A stretch of 63,799 nucleotides of DNA, the filler included, from Octopus bimaculoides (lineage: Eukaryota), in the NCBI RefSeq assembly GCF_001194135.2. It is 7 parts of 7 records of this genome, joined end to end, with 100 filler letters (N's around TTAATTAATTAA, not from the genome) between each part and the next. Parts side by side here need not be neighbours in the genome. Positions count along the whole stretch, not along the records: positions 45,528 to 53,123 come from NC_068997.1; positions 53,224 to 57,789 come from NC_068986.1; positions 57,890 to 61,972 come from NC_069002.1; positions 62,073 to 63,799 come from NC_068983.1; 3 more parts are not named here. One strand, 5' to 3'. A program made the position numbers and the translations under genes. Under the pieces are notes generated by a model. The model was not told the DNA's origin and did no database searches. It saw nothing but the letters and a program-made list of their open reading frames with translations. Shown here one piece after another: positions 49,150-62,138 of the stretch; the stretch's first letter is position 1, and every line of letters starts with the position of its first letter.

Positions 49150-50230
49150 AGACAACGAAAAGAAAGAAAGAAAGAAAGAAAAAAGAAGTTTGATGGTGTC
49201 TCGCAAACGAAATTCTGTTAAAGACCATACTAGATATAATTAGTTCCATTAAATACAACATGAGATAATTAGTGATATTAAATATAACATGATAGGGCGG
49301 AGAACAGCCGTACACGTTCAACAATAAAATGAGTGAATAACAACTCAAAGAATTCTCATTAATAAAAGACTATTCCAAATACTATTCTTTCAACATTGTT
49401 CATTTGATTGGTTTTTACAACTAAATCCTGTAATAAACCAAAATAGTTGTGAATACAAGTATGATAGGTTAGGTATAAACGACCGTTTATAGAAGGAGAG
49501 ATTTCCATAAATGAAGATGAAAAGTTGGATTATAGCGTTTTTTTTTTAGCAATGACCTGTCTGAAATAAAAGGAAAAAGAAAAGAAAAACAAATGTAGTA
49601 AGGTTTATGAAGACATAATGTAGAGTTTCATAAAAATAATGATAAGAAGTAATTATAACACGTGAAAGCCAAAAAGTCTCAAGGAATAAATAGAATATTG
49701 AAGAAAGTAAGAGCAAAACCAGACAGAAATATCAGTGTCGCATTAGACAAGCACTCAGATCAGATCTAAATTCATAGTCATAGATATTAATACATTAGCC
49801 ATAATAGAAATAAGTATAGTTAGTTTTAATGTAATAAACTAGAAGATGAACGGACTGAAGAGAGTAGATAGAACAACAAGGAAAATGAATAACAGCGTTT
49901 AGAATATTATCTCTAAAAGTAGACATTGATGAAAGCAGGCATTTACTGCAAACAGAAGTCGGAAGAGCAGTGGTATAATTAGATAACTATAAGTTTGATA
50001 CTGTAGGCTAACAAAAACGTAGAGCAAAATACAGTAATAGATTAATACATGGTGGTAAAGAAAAATTCTCTGCTATGAAGGAAGATGACAAATGTAGCAA
50101 AAATCTGGAGTAGGGGGAGGGGAAGAGCAAAGAGCGCAAAGCGAAATCATAAAAGAATGGAAAAGAAAATTAAAAGAAAATTAGATGGAAAAGTACTTCA
50201 GATGTTGAAAGTAGTTGGAGGGAGAAAAAC
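49150..50230 (+). mobile_element. Heavily decayed R4/Dong-type RT/thumb relic
   Basis: Fragments KYQCRIRQALRSDLNS, INTLAI...SFNVIN*KMNGLKRVDRTTRKM and FSNDL resemble R4-clade ORF motifs. Confidence 0.5.
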
Positions 50231-51218
50231 TTTCGTAGACAATCAAGACAACTTCGGACATATTTCAGTCTGATATCTTTCAGTACTGATATCTTTCAGT
50301 ACTGATATCTTTCAGTACTGGAAATATCGAGTATTTTGTAGTCTATGCTTCGCTGATGAGGTCCAATTTAACTAAAACACGCCAAGAGTTGTCTACCGTA
50401 TTATACTGAAATAATTAAAATAAGTTCTAATTTAGGCACACCTCTAGAAATGTTGAGTAAAGCGGATCACGCGATGCTATCGACTCTAATAATTAACTGA
50501 TACTTTATTTTGTCGACTCAGGAGGAGTGAAAATTAAAAATTGACCTTGAAATATTAGCCATTCAACTAATATATTTCCCTTGCCGCATAAGTATTTTTA
50601 ATTAGATATTTCATAATCACTACAATACTTACAACACTTAGAGTAACTTAACTATCATTTTTTATGCAGATGGCATCTCGGGGAATTACTTTTAGCGCTA
50701 ATATTTGTCAAAGCATATTCTGGAAGATTTGAAACGTGTTGCTTGGGTACCTGCAAAAATTATCCTGTTCACATCTGGGAGTGAACTAATTTCGATATAT
50801 CGCCATCAAAACAAATATATTTCACAAAAACATTTTTCTGTCTTTAGTCTGAATGTTTTACAAAATTACAAGGTGGAATTTCTTTGATTTCTTTTTCGAA
50901 AGTTCTTTTGTGTTTTACATTATACAACCTCTTGAATTTTAGAGTTCTTCCTAGCCTGCATTTTATATCAAAATCTTCCCGGTTGCTGCGCGTTCTTTAA
51001 AGATATTTCGCACGAGACTACATTATAGCGATCGATTGACAGAGTTGTTGCAACTTCGAGCAAATGCGATGCGCTTTCTGTCTCGATTCGTTGTTTCCAG
51101 TGTTCAAATCTCAGCGAAGTTAACTTTGCTTTCATCTTTCAGGAATCTATAAAATAAAAACGGCCAAGAGCCTAACCAATTCATCTCCCCATTCTCTCTA
51201 AGCAAGTTTTTGTCTTAT

Positions 51219-51255
<37 letters not shown>

Positions 51256-51322
51256 ATGCATGTATGTATGTATGTATGTATGTATGTATGTGTATANNNN
51301 NNNNNNNNNNNNNNNNNNNNNN

Positions 51323-51362
<40 letters not shown>

Positions 51363-51365
<3 letters not shown>

Positions 51366-51635
51366 AAGTGTAGTATATTGCCACTTAAGTGTGGCTGACC
51401 CCTAGGGGTGGATGTTACTGTTGCCTTTAGCCCCAGGAGGACATCTCCTCCAGCTGGCTTATCGACACACTACTGTGTCCTGTTTGCCAAGGGAAGTTAT
51501 CCCTCCCTTGGCAAACAGGACACACTAGTGTGTCGATAAGCCAGCTGGAGGAGATGTCCTCCTGGGGTTAAAAGCAACAGTAACATCCACCCCTAGGGGT
51601 CAGCCACACTTAAGTGGCAATATACTACACTTTAT
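51363..51635. mobile_element. Fold-back (MITE-like) element with 132-bp arms and a 9-nt loop
   Basis: ATAAAGTGTAGTATATTGCC...CCAAGGGA, loop AGTTATCCC, then the reverse complement with about three mismatches. Confidence 0.9.
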
Positions 51636-52999
51636 CGTGCAGTTACTGTTAATACTTCATTTAGAGAATTAACATATATATACATACATACGCATATGTA
51701 TATATGCATATATTTCTATATATATCTCTGTGAGTGTATATGATTATGTGTGTGTGTGTGTGTGTGTGCGTGTTGTATGTTGTGCCAGTGGGCATTGAGT
51801 GTGTTATGTTCGTTTCGCCGTAGTTTCTGCGCGTTTGTGGTGTGCGCGTGCGTGCATTTGGATGTTTATAAAACTTTCCCGACTGATAACACTAATCTTT
51901 TTCGACCAGTTGAGGATTATAGGCAAACAAAATTGCACATGTACATACAACCACTCACAACCACGCAGTCAAACACACACACACACGCACACACGCACAC
52001 ACACATTCGAGCAACTTTAACTTGAGCAATAAATTGATATTTATCCATTAATAACATTTAAATCTTATTAAATGATTCAATGCAAATGTATTCATCAATG
52101 TCTGTGAATTAAAACTATTTCGGAAAAATGAATTTTATAAATCAATAAAAACCTTCAAACGACTAAAAAAAAAAACACACACGCACGAAAAACAAAACAA
52201 AACAAAACAAAACAAATTGTAGCAAAATTTTCTTTTGACGAAGAAATCAATGTAAAGGACTATACCACATTACTGGTATTTAGTTGAATTACAGACAGGA
52301 AATTCCTCAAAGCATATTTATGTTTCGGTACGTTTAATCGTAGGAATTTCAGAATGATTGGAAATTCTGGATCTGTGACTTCTCAAAATTGGTTAAAATT
52401 AGAGGAAGTTCTGAGTTGAAATCGCCACTGAAGTTAATTTCGATTTTCGTCCCTCTGGTGTCGACAAAGTAAACTACTTCGGTCGAATTGATTGACTAAT
52501 GTCTTTCTCCCACAAGACAGCTGGTCGTGGGCCTAACCAGAATTAATTATGTATTATACGGGCCAACAGAAAGTCTTTTCTCTGTTGACAAAAATTGGGA
52601 CTTGAAATATGGGTCTTTTTTACATTCACAATCCGAAAATGACATCCGTTTATTATCATCATCTCAAGATTTTCCGATACTGAATCCATAGAGTTTCGTT
52701 GTATTTTTAAAATAAAACAGTAAGGCATAATACATAAATAGAAATTGGTTTTTCTTCAAAACCAGAATTCTTTCTTAAAATTCGAATAAAAACGTAGACA
52801 AATTGCATCACTGTTTATGCCTAATTTCCCATGAATTTGTGTTTGGATAACTTACTTAGTGCTGAACATTAGGAAGATCACGAACCAAATTCTAGCAATA
52901 GTCCACCATCACATGCAAGTCCCCTCCGCCTCGATACCATTGTTCCTTTGATTTTATGTCACGATTGAAACAAGTCTGTCTGTCTGTCTGTCTGTCTGT

Positions 53000-53032
<33 letters not shown>

Positions 53033-53038
53033 TATCTG

Positions 53039-53069
<31 letters not shown>

Positions 53070-53266
53070 GTAGAAGGGGATGTAAGTGCCTTAAAGACCT
53101 GCTCAGACGTTTCCATTTGTCTGNNNNNNNNNNNNNNNNNNNNNNNNNNNNNNNNNNNNNNNNNNNNTTAATTAATTAANNNNNNNNNNNNNNNNNNNNN
53201 NNNNNNNNNNNNNNNNNNNNNNNGCGTGTATGTGTGCGTGCGTGTGTATGTGTGTGTATGTTCAGC

Positions 53267-53308
<42 letters not shown>

Positions 53309-54019
53309 TAGATGCAAGTATAGAAATGTATGCCTATGTGTTTATGCATGGATGAATGAATGTTTGTGTGTATGTACTTATGATTGCATGTACGTATGTA
53401 TGAATGTGTGTATATATGTGTGCATGTATTTTTTTATATATGTGTTTGTGTATGTTTATATGCTCATAAATATATGCATAAATAAGTATAAATGTATATA
53501 CATATATGCGTGCGTGTTCGTATGGGTGTATGTGTGAGTGTGTGTGAGTGCGTGTGTGTCTCTGTGTGTGTCAGAATCAGCGGATTCTCGCTTCAATTGT
53601 CGATAATGTTTTCCTTAGCACTTCCAATACATCTCTTCAGAATAGTTCACATAGTCACACACAGAAATTCACATCGGATTAGTATTCATTTAAAGAAATA
53701 TATACGCTCTATCTTACACACTCACTGCACACTCGCATCCATCTCATATATGCATTTTTGGAAGTGGTGATTATACTGCTCTCTTTCTGTGTTGTCGATT
53801 TATATATGTGTGTGTGTGGGGGGGTGTATGTATGTATATATATATATATGTATATATTATTCGTTTCAGCCATGTACCTGCGGTCATGTTAGAGCAACAC
53901 CATTTCGTGGTTTAACAAATAATTTTTCTTTGGTTGAATTTGTCAGGTTAGTTGCATTCCATATCGCCACTCCTATATGTGCTTTTCCCGTGGTTGTTGG
54001 CCCATTTCGTGCATGAAAG

Positions 54020-54480
54020 AGTTGGACGTTACTGCCCTCATCTGTACCTCATTCCGGGTCGTTGATGGATCTTATATTGTGGAGAGAAAAATGTCCAGTT
54101 CATTTTTGAAGACATCCGCGCCGAGATTTTGTATGTATTATTTTTTTTTAACAGGCCATTCAGGAGTTGTAAGCCTTTGAACCCTAAACTATAGCAGTAC
54201 CTGGTCCTGATTTTAGATGGAGTCGATGGTAACTTTGGTATAATAGAATGGTAGTTTGAGTGAACACGAGCATGTCTAAGAGAGCTATTATTAACCGTAA
54301 TGTCCCCAAGACATTTCCTTTGTGACGCCACACAGAATGTGTGCTTCGTCAGTGAGAGTAAGATTAACTGCACATGTCTCACTTTGTCTGGCACCTTGTG
54401 GCATATCATGACATGATCTATCTTATCTAAAGCCTTAGTGATTATATGATATATCACACTGACACTTTAATGGTGAAGTA
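54020..54480 (-). mobile_element. CR1-type LINE RT relic with an internal deletion
   Basis: IYHIITKALDKIDHVMICHK corresponds to the IYLDFxKAFDKVDH motif. It is followed by IRTRYCYSLGFKGLQLLNGL, from the ORF2 end. Confidence 0.7.
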
Positions 54481-54759
54481 TCTGTTTGAAATCCCTGTCG
54501 CAGTTCTGTAAGATGTATGTGACGTAGCTTCTTTCGGCACGGAAGACATGCTCTATAGCATTTAGTAAGTCATTTACTTCACGGAAAATCATAGTGGCCT
54601 GTAGAGTTTAGCCTCTGTCCTGCTCGCACCTTTGTGTATAGAGTATGAGACGTAGACTGTTTTCCTTAACTTTTTGGAAGTTTTCCATTATAGCAGTTTG
54701 CTAAAAGAGTTCTCGGACAGTTTTAACATATCATTTTATTAACAATTAAAATAACAACG

Positions 54760-55570
54760 AAGAGCAATCAATCCAAATGTTAATCACCCTCGCTATCGAT
54801 CACCTTTTCCCATCTCTCAGGCAAAGTTTGAATCCTCTCATCCATAAATCGCGCGTCTTTGAATCAATAAAATCGTAAAGAAACGATTTCATATGTTTTT
54901 CGTTTTCGAACTCTGTATTGTTGCAAGGCAGAGAATAAGTGGTAGTCAGAAGGGGCAAGGCCAGAAGAACACAGTGAGTGAAATATAATCTCCTTCAGAT
55001 TCTCTGACGTCTCCCTTGCACGATATGCTGGGGCGTTTTCTTGGTGGTAAATTATCTTCAAATTTGAGCGTGTTTCCGCCAGCGTGATCTTTAGACAATC
55101 GATTTGCTCGCAATAGATATTCTTATCAATGGCGGTAATGCGTGAGAGAAGATCAAACATCATCACACCATGGCAACCCCACCAAACTCAGATTATAACC
55201 TTATTTTGCACAAGCGGTTTGTGTGCGAAGGTTTTGGCTGTTGATCTTTGCTACACCAGCATCGCCTGCACCTCACGTTGGAATACAGTACGCACTTTTC
55301 ATCCATAGTGATTATTGACTCCAACCAATTGAATCTTCGGCTTCGCTAAAGCCGACTTTCAAATGCAGTGACACGTGCGTGTTTGTTCGCTTCACTCAAT
55401 TCATGTGGCACCCACTTTCCAAGCTTGCCTACCTTGCCGAGACGATGCAGGTGGTTGATGATCGTGGCATCGGAGACGCGAAACTGTACCGCAAGTTCAC
55501 GTGCAGTTTGCATCAGATCGTCTTTACTGACGTTCAACACTGTCTTGTTCAAGAACTCTCTTACCAATGT
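54760..55570 (-). mobile_element. Mariner (DD34D) transposase pseudogene, cut by a gap
   Basis: HTH region TARELAVQFRVSDATIINHLHRLGK, the WVPHEL motif, IITMDEK, HQENAPAY and GLAPSDYHLFSAL, with multiple frameshifts. Confidence 0.9.
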
Positions 55571-56684
55571 NNNNNNNNNNNNNNNNNNNNNNNNNNNNNN
55601 NNNNNNNNNNNNNNNNNNNNNNNNNNNNNNNNNNNNNNNNNNNNNNNNNNNNNNNNNNNNNNNNNNNNNNNNNNNNNNNNNNNNNNNNNNNNNNNNNNNN
55701 NNNNNNNNNNNNNNNNNNNNNNNNNNNNNNNNNNNNNNNNNNNNNNNNNNNNNNNNNNNNNNNNNNNNNNNNNNNNNATATATATATATATATACTTATA
55801 TATATACACAGAGGAGGAGAGAGTGAGGGAATGAGTGAGACACAGAGAGAGAAACAGATGTAGATAAACATACACAAACACTCACTCATATATAGGTTTC
55901 TTATTGTGTACAAGTATTTAGATTAGCTTCTTTGCGATTAGGCAAAATATATTGTTTCTTTGTGTGGAGTCTTATTTCTTGGCTGTTATTCAATATAAGA
56001 AATGAAATAAAAATTATTACTGAAGAAACGGCTACAAAATACAATAGCCATGTAAAATAAACTATAAATGATCTTAGAAAATTAATGTCGAATCCTATAC
56101 GTTTTGCATCTACAAAATACTTTCATTTGTAACAAGAAGATACCGTGTGATCCTTTTCTTTATGTCAAGTTGAGAAGATTTCGATTCTTCAATATTTGTA
56201 TTAAAGGATCACTGAGGCATTGCATTTTGCATTGTTTGTTAATTTGAAATACTTAATGGATTGAAATATGAGCACATCACCCTATGTGTAAAATCTGATT
56301 TGTACTGAATGTGATGTGGATTTTGTACAGAGGGTGATGTGGATTACATCAACCTCAGTACTTGTCCATCTCAAATGACGAATGGTAACGTTGACCTCGG
56401 TGAAATTTGAACTCAGAATGTAAAGACAAACGAAATGACGCAAAGCATTTTTCAGGCATGCTAAAATGTCTACATGCCCGACGCTGTTATCAAAAAAATA
56501 ATATATATAAAAAAAAATAATAAAAACAAAAATATTTACTTGAGTCAAAAGCAAAAAGAAAACTTTGGATTGTAATTCCAAACATTAACGAAGAATCAGC
56601 CTTCATAATATAAATCTAACTGGATTGAAGGAAAGTTCACAATGACCGGTGCAGTGTTTAGATATTTTAAATATATCCTTTCAG

Positions 56685-56757
56685 AAATACATACGAAAAA
56701 TCACTGAAGCGTCTCAGGAAAAAAAATTATATTAAGAGTGGGCCATTCTGGCGATTT
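56685..56757 (+). CDS. Candidate 73-nt exon
   Basis: Acceptor TTTTAAATATATCCTTTCAG and donor TTT|GTGAGG. It reads NTYEKSLKRLRKKNYIKSGPFWRF. A second acceptor lies at 57500. Confidence 0.35.
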
Positions 56758-57889
56758 GTGAGGAGTGTGTTGACGATAATACCAACTTCTCTCTACACTC
56801 TTAGATATGTTTCTAATATTCGATAAAAGGTTATTTTCGAAAATAAAATGGAAGACGACATACATAGTGTGGAAAAATATCCTACCTTATTTATTAGCAG
56901 CATCTTGCATATTTAGACTAACTCCTCACCTGCATTGCATACATATTATCTTAAAAATATTAACATTGACATATAAAACTACGATCCTTTTTCATAGGAC
57001 CATAATGATTTTAAGTGATTGTTAGGATATGAATCATCCGTTTCTGATGCTTTGTTTGTTCCATTGACATATATAACGTTTAAAATATTATTTAGACAAA
57101 AAACACGCGAGAAAAAAAAAGAAGAGAAAATCAAGTCATGAGCTGCTTAGTGTGATTGGCAATATGGAGATGTCAGAAAACCTAACTCAATCATTAAAAT
57201 CAAAATTTTTTGCAGACACAGTTTTTGGCATAGATCCCATTTTATGCTCTACTGCAAGAAAATATTAAGAATATATATACTAAATAATATTTTCCTGCCA
57301 GTATCTTAATCGTTTGATATTGGAAAACGTTTAACTACCAACTACCTCGCAAATTTTCACTTATAAATGGTTAGCGCCAATACATTAAGACCATCCAAAT
57401 ATTCATGAACGTTAAGAAACCGTATACAATAGCCACTTCGAAAGAGTTACTATTTTTACGCATATTATCAATACGATGAACATATCACGTGTTTTCGCAG
57501 GTGGTACTTCTCAAATGAAATACATCACATCTTATGCACAGAATGATGAAAAAGTGTGATACAAATATATTAAAAGCCATTTGAATTCTAATCAGGTTTG
57601 TAAGATGATCTAATTCAAACTGATATATATTATTCCCTTGTGATATGCAGAACGAGAACATATATTGCACATCAGCTGGTCTGTTGAAATTAAAACTAAT
57701 GCAATGTCTAGAATATTATCAATAACAATAAATACTGCTTTTATTCTATATTTCAAATATCGATAATTTTACAAAAGCGTTTTCAATGANNNNNNNNNNN
57801 NNNNNNNNNNNNNNNNNNNNNNNNNNNNNNNNNTTAATTAATTAANNNNNNNNNNNNNNNNNNNNNNNNNNNNNNNNNNNNNNNNNNNN

Positions 57890-58083
57890 TTGAGTGGTTG
57901 GCGTTAGGAAGGGCATCCAGCTGTAGAAACTCTGCCAAATTAGATTGGAGCCTGGTGTTGCCATCCGGTTTCACCAGTCCTCAGTCAAATCGTCCAACCC
58001 ATGCTAGCATGGAAAGCGGACGTTAAACGATGATGATGATGATGATGATGATATAGAGAGAGAGAGAGAGAGAGAGAAAGATG

Positions 58084-58115
<32 letters not shown>

Positions 58116-58592
58116 TGGTAGTAGAGAGAGAGAAAGATGGCAGTAGAGAGAGAGAAAGATGGTAGTAGAGAGAGAGAAAGATGGTAGTAGAGAGAGAGGT
58201 TGCAGAGAAGAATATTCTCTTCTTCAAGTGGTTGCAGCTGAGAAGTGTTTTACGATACCATTCCATGAATCTCTGTCACCAACATTATCTTTGGTAGATT
58301 CCATGTTCTGGGTCTCTGCCAATAGCATTAATATTGTTCTGTGGCCCTTATCTTGTAATAGTGTGTGGGAGATTCTCCAGACTGTAACATTGAATATAGT
58401 ATTGTGTTTGCACCCACTACACTCTCTGAGTGGTTGGCATTAGGAAGGGCATCCAGCTGTAGAAACTCTGCCAAATCAGATTGGAGCCTGGTGTAGCCAT
58501 CTGGTTTCACCAGTCCTCAGTCAAATCGTCCAACCCATGCTAGCATGGAAAGCGGACGTTAAACGGTGATGATGATGATGATGATGATGATG
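57890..58592 (+). mobile_element. Two tandem RTE LINE 3' ends with (GAT)n tails
   Basis: GAGTGGTTGGC(G/A)TTAGGAAGGGCATCC...GGACGTTAAACG then (ATG)n, at about 57890-58052 and 58405-58592. Between them lies an (AG)nATGGTAGT minisatellite at 58053-58200. Confidence 0.9.
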
Positions 58593-60369
58593 TAGTTGCC
58601 TGTTGAGCAATAATAAGAGAGATGGGTGGAATGTGTCCATAATCTCCTCTTTGGTCTTGTGGACTTGTGGCATTAGATATTTTGAAACCTCATGACAAGC
58701 TTGATGTATGTGCCATAGAAGCTTTTTGAAACACTGGGTTTTGGTTCCATGCTGAAGAATTCTCTCTACACATGTCTGAAGAAGGCCAGCTCTGTTCACT
58801 TTGAAATATTTGAGAATTCTTACAAGAAATATTACTAAGTCAGTTATTTCAGTATTGTTGCTCATAGCTAAATCTATTGTGAAATGGTGGAAAAGTTAAA
58901 TCATTTTGAAATACAAGGAAAATTATGACTAAGTATAGTTGTAATTTACCAATTGTTTTGTGTTTCTAAAATATTAAAATAAACAAAGTGGAGAAGAAGC
59001 AGTGGAATATTCTGTGATAGAATGAGAGAGAGAGAGAGGTGGGAGAGTGAGGAAAACATGAACCTGATTTCTAACTGGAGAAGAATTCTATTGGTGAATA
59101 GTGTGGCAAAAAAATGAAAACGGATCAGAATGGGCCTTTAATAAAAAAGACCAGAAAGTTTTTGCACTTCATGAACCCACTTGCTGATTATAGAAATGGA
59201 GTTTTTACAAAGTTCATTTGAAAGGAAAAATAATTTTCCGGTTCAAATTGTGAATAGTTTGTTTTTTATAAAAAAAAAAAAAAAAAAAAAAATCTATTTT
59301 GCATTGGAATTTGATGAAATGAAAAAGTAACAATAAATAATGGTCAAAAAAGAAAATGACTTTATAAATAAAAATTAGAAAGTGCTTGAAATTAATGTGG
59401 AAGAGATAGCGAGAGTAATACAAATGCTTTTTATGTTTAGGCTTATGAAAATGTTTGAGTTAAAACTAAGACATGTACTATTGATTGCATGTAACATATT
59501 TGTCGAAATGGTTGATAAATTCAGTGGAGTTTGCTGAAAAAATACTTCAATGAGAGTTGAAGAAAAAATGATGAATAAATCTATATCTATAATTAGAACC
59601 TCATTTAAAAGAAGAAAGGTATAAAGAGGAAAATTAAATGGGTTACAAGAGGAGAAAAAGCCCCAACAACAAAAACAAAACAAAACAGAGGATTAAAAAT
59701 AAAATAAATAAATAAATACACATCATTATTCTAAAATAATTTTAGTTTGAGTCGAAAAGAAAAATGGCATACCATTAGTTAAAACGTTTTAAATTTAGTT
59801 TCCTTTATGAAATTTTTGAAAAACATCTACAAGAATATTGGCATGTAATTTTAGAAAAAAATTTAATAAAATGATAAAAAGGAGAAAATATAGTGACAGT
59901 TTATGGCTAAAGGGGACAAATATCGGATTCCAATTTAGGTGTTGATAACTTCAAAGATAATGATAGAAAGAACTGGTAAAAATTGGGTTATACAGAGAAT
60001 TGGTGTTAAACTCTTTCAGAAGATTTAATGTTGAGATACTAGTGGAGAGTGTGTTGGAAGAAATCCTGTTTTTAAATATTTAAAAATTTATTAAAAATGT
60101 AATATTAACTTTAAAGTTAACTTGTCCTCATATATTTAATACTTAATTTATCCTCATAGAATCTTTAGTGCTAAGTGTTCTTTACCATTTTTCTTCTGGT
60201 ATTCATATCATTGTAGTTTTTGTATTTGACACAGCTAGCAGGTGCCAAATATGGCTGCTCCACAGTAACTGAAGCAGAGTTACAATGTGCATGTGTATAT
60301 GTAAATGTGTGTGCATGTGTGTGTGTGAGCTTGTGTGTATGTATGTATGCATCTATCTATCCATCCATA

Positions 60370-60461
<92 letters not shown>

Positions 60462-60509
60462 CATCCATCCATCCATCCATCCATAGATACATATATGTTT
60501 ATGTAATCT

Positions 60510-61640
60510 GATCTGGCAATGTTTCTACTGCTGGATACCCTTCCTAATGCCAACCACTCCAAGAGTGTAGTGGGTGCTTTTTATGTGCCACTGGCATGGT
60601 GGGGCCAGTCAGCTGATACTGGCTCTTTGATGGACCCCTACCTGGAATTCTTCACTATACCCGTTGCCAACTCTCACCTTACTGACAGCATCCCTGTTCA
60701 TGGCTTGTACAGCTCTCACTAACGACTCATCTATCCCTAGTTTCCACATTGACCACCTGATAAGAAATCAGGGACCCTGTCAGAGGCTTTCTCCATGTCA
60801 ACGAAAGCCAAGTAGAGAGGTTTATCTTTGACTAGGTATTTCTCCTGCAGCTGTTTAACCAGAAATATAGCATCAGTGGTGCTTCTCCCTGGCACAAACC
60901 CAAACCGCATCTCACCTAAACTAACTCTGTCCCTAATTAGTTAGGCAATGACCCTCTCCATGACTTTCATCACCTGATCCTACAATTTGATACTTCTGTA
61001 ATTATTCATATCTAATACATCACCTTTACCTTTGTAGCAATTAACTATGGTGCTGCTGTACCAGTCATTGGATATGACTTCTTCATGTATCACTTAATTG
61101 ACTATACTGGTGACTAGACTACAGCCTACACTACCAGATATTTTAAGTATCTCTGTGGTGATTCCTGATGGGCTGGGGCTTTCCCTATCTTCATATCCTT
61201 AATTGCTTTACCTACCAAGGTTCTGTCAATTTGTATAGCTGGTCTCTCTGTTGGGTTGACATTTGGTAGACTCTCTTTCTCCCTTTCATTCTCTTCATTT
61301 AGCAACCTTTCATGGTGCCATTTCCAAACCTCTCTCTTTGCAGCCTCATTTAATGCAAGTGAGCCATCATCCATGTGGACACATTTCTCTCCTATGACAT
61401 CATGATTCTCTCTCACACATTGTCTTGCAACATGAAATACTTCAAGTCTTTGGTCCTCATGATGCAGAACAGTGACAAGTTTTTCTGCTTCCCCTCCGGC
61501 TAAGTAAACCTGTCTCCTAGCTTCCCTTCTGGCCATATGATACAATTCCCTGCTCCTACCACCCTTCCAATCCTTCCATGCTTGTTTCTTTTCTCTAATG
61601 GCCCAGTCAGCTGCATTGTTCCACCACCACATTACCTTAG
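60510..61640 (-). mobile_element. RTE-clade LINE: RT N-terminal half joined to its 3' UTR by an internal deletion
   Basis: Reads KAIKDMKIGKAP, MRFGFVPGRSTTDAIFLVKQLQEKY, PLYLAFVDMEKASDRVP and VGVHQ down to about 60615. The GAGTGGTTGGCATTAGGAAGGG 3' end follows immediately (60510-60600). Confidence 0.9.
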
Positions 61641-61683
61641 GTCAAGAGGAGACTTTGCACAAAACACATACATACATACATAC

Positions 61684-61736
<53 letters not shown>

Positions 61737-62072
61737 TGTGTGTCTGTGTGTCTGTGTCTATATATATATATATATATATATAATTTTCCAGAGGATGTAG
61801 CAACCGTTACCAATATAGCATAAGAACTTACCTTAGGGGATCATTAACTAGATTCCCTAAGGGTCGTTCTCACAGTTTATAGTTATATTTCAAGGTTTTT
61901 AACTTTTAAATTTGTATATTTAAAAGAGATAGAAACTTCAAACTCGATATATCCAAGATCAATTTATTTACCNNNNNNNNNNNNNNNNNNNNNNNNNNNN
62001 NNNNNNNNNNNNNNNNTTAATTAATTAANNNNNNNNNNNNNNNNNNNNNNNNNNNNNNNNNNNNNNNNNNNN

Positions 62073-62138
<66 letters not shown>

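Noticed and set aside
56730-56757. SGPFWRF as a possible RFamide neuropeptide preceded by KK
   Set aside because: The following codon is Val (GTG) both unspliced and when joined to the 57501 acceptor, so there is no Gly amide donor or dibasic site.
58600-58865. 114-aa minus-strand ORF and a 40-aa plus-strand exon-like reading
   Set aside because: The ORF ends inside an RTE tail, no motif was recognised, and the strand is ambiguous.
59000-60150. A-rich stretch with faint LINE ORF2-like words (EINVEEIARVIQML, KWHTIS)
   Set aside because: It is too degenerate to assign by eye and would need a profile HMM search.
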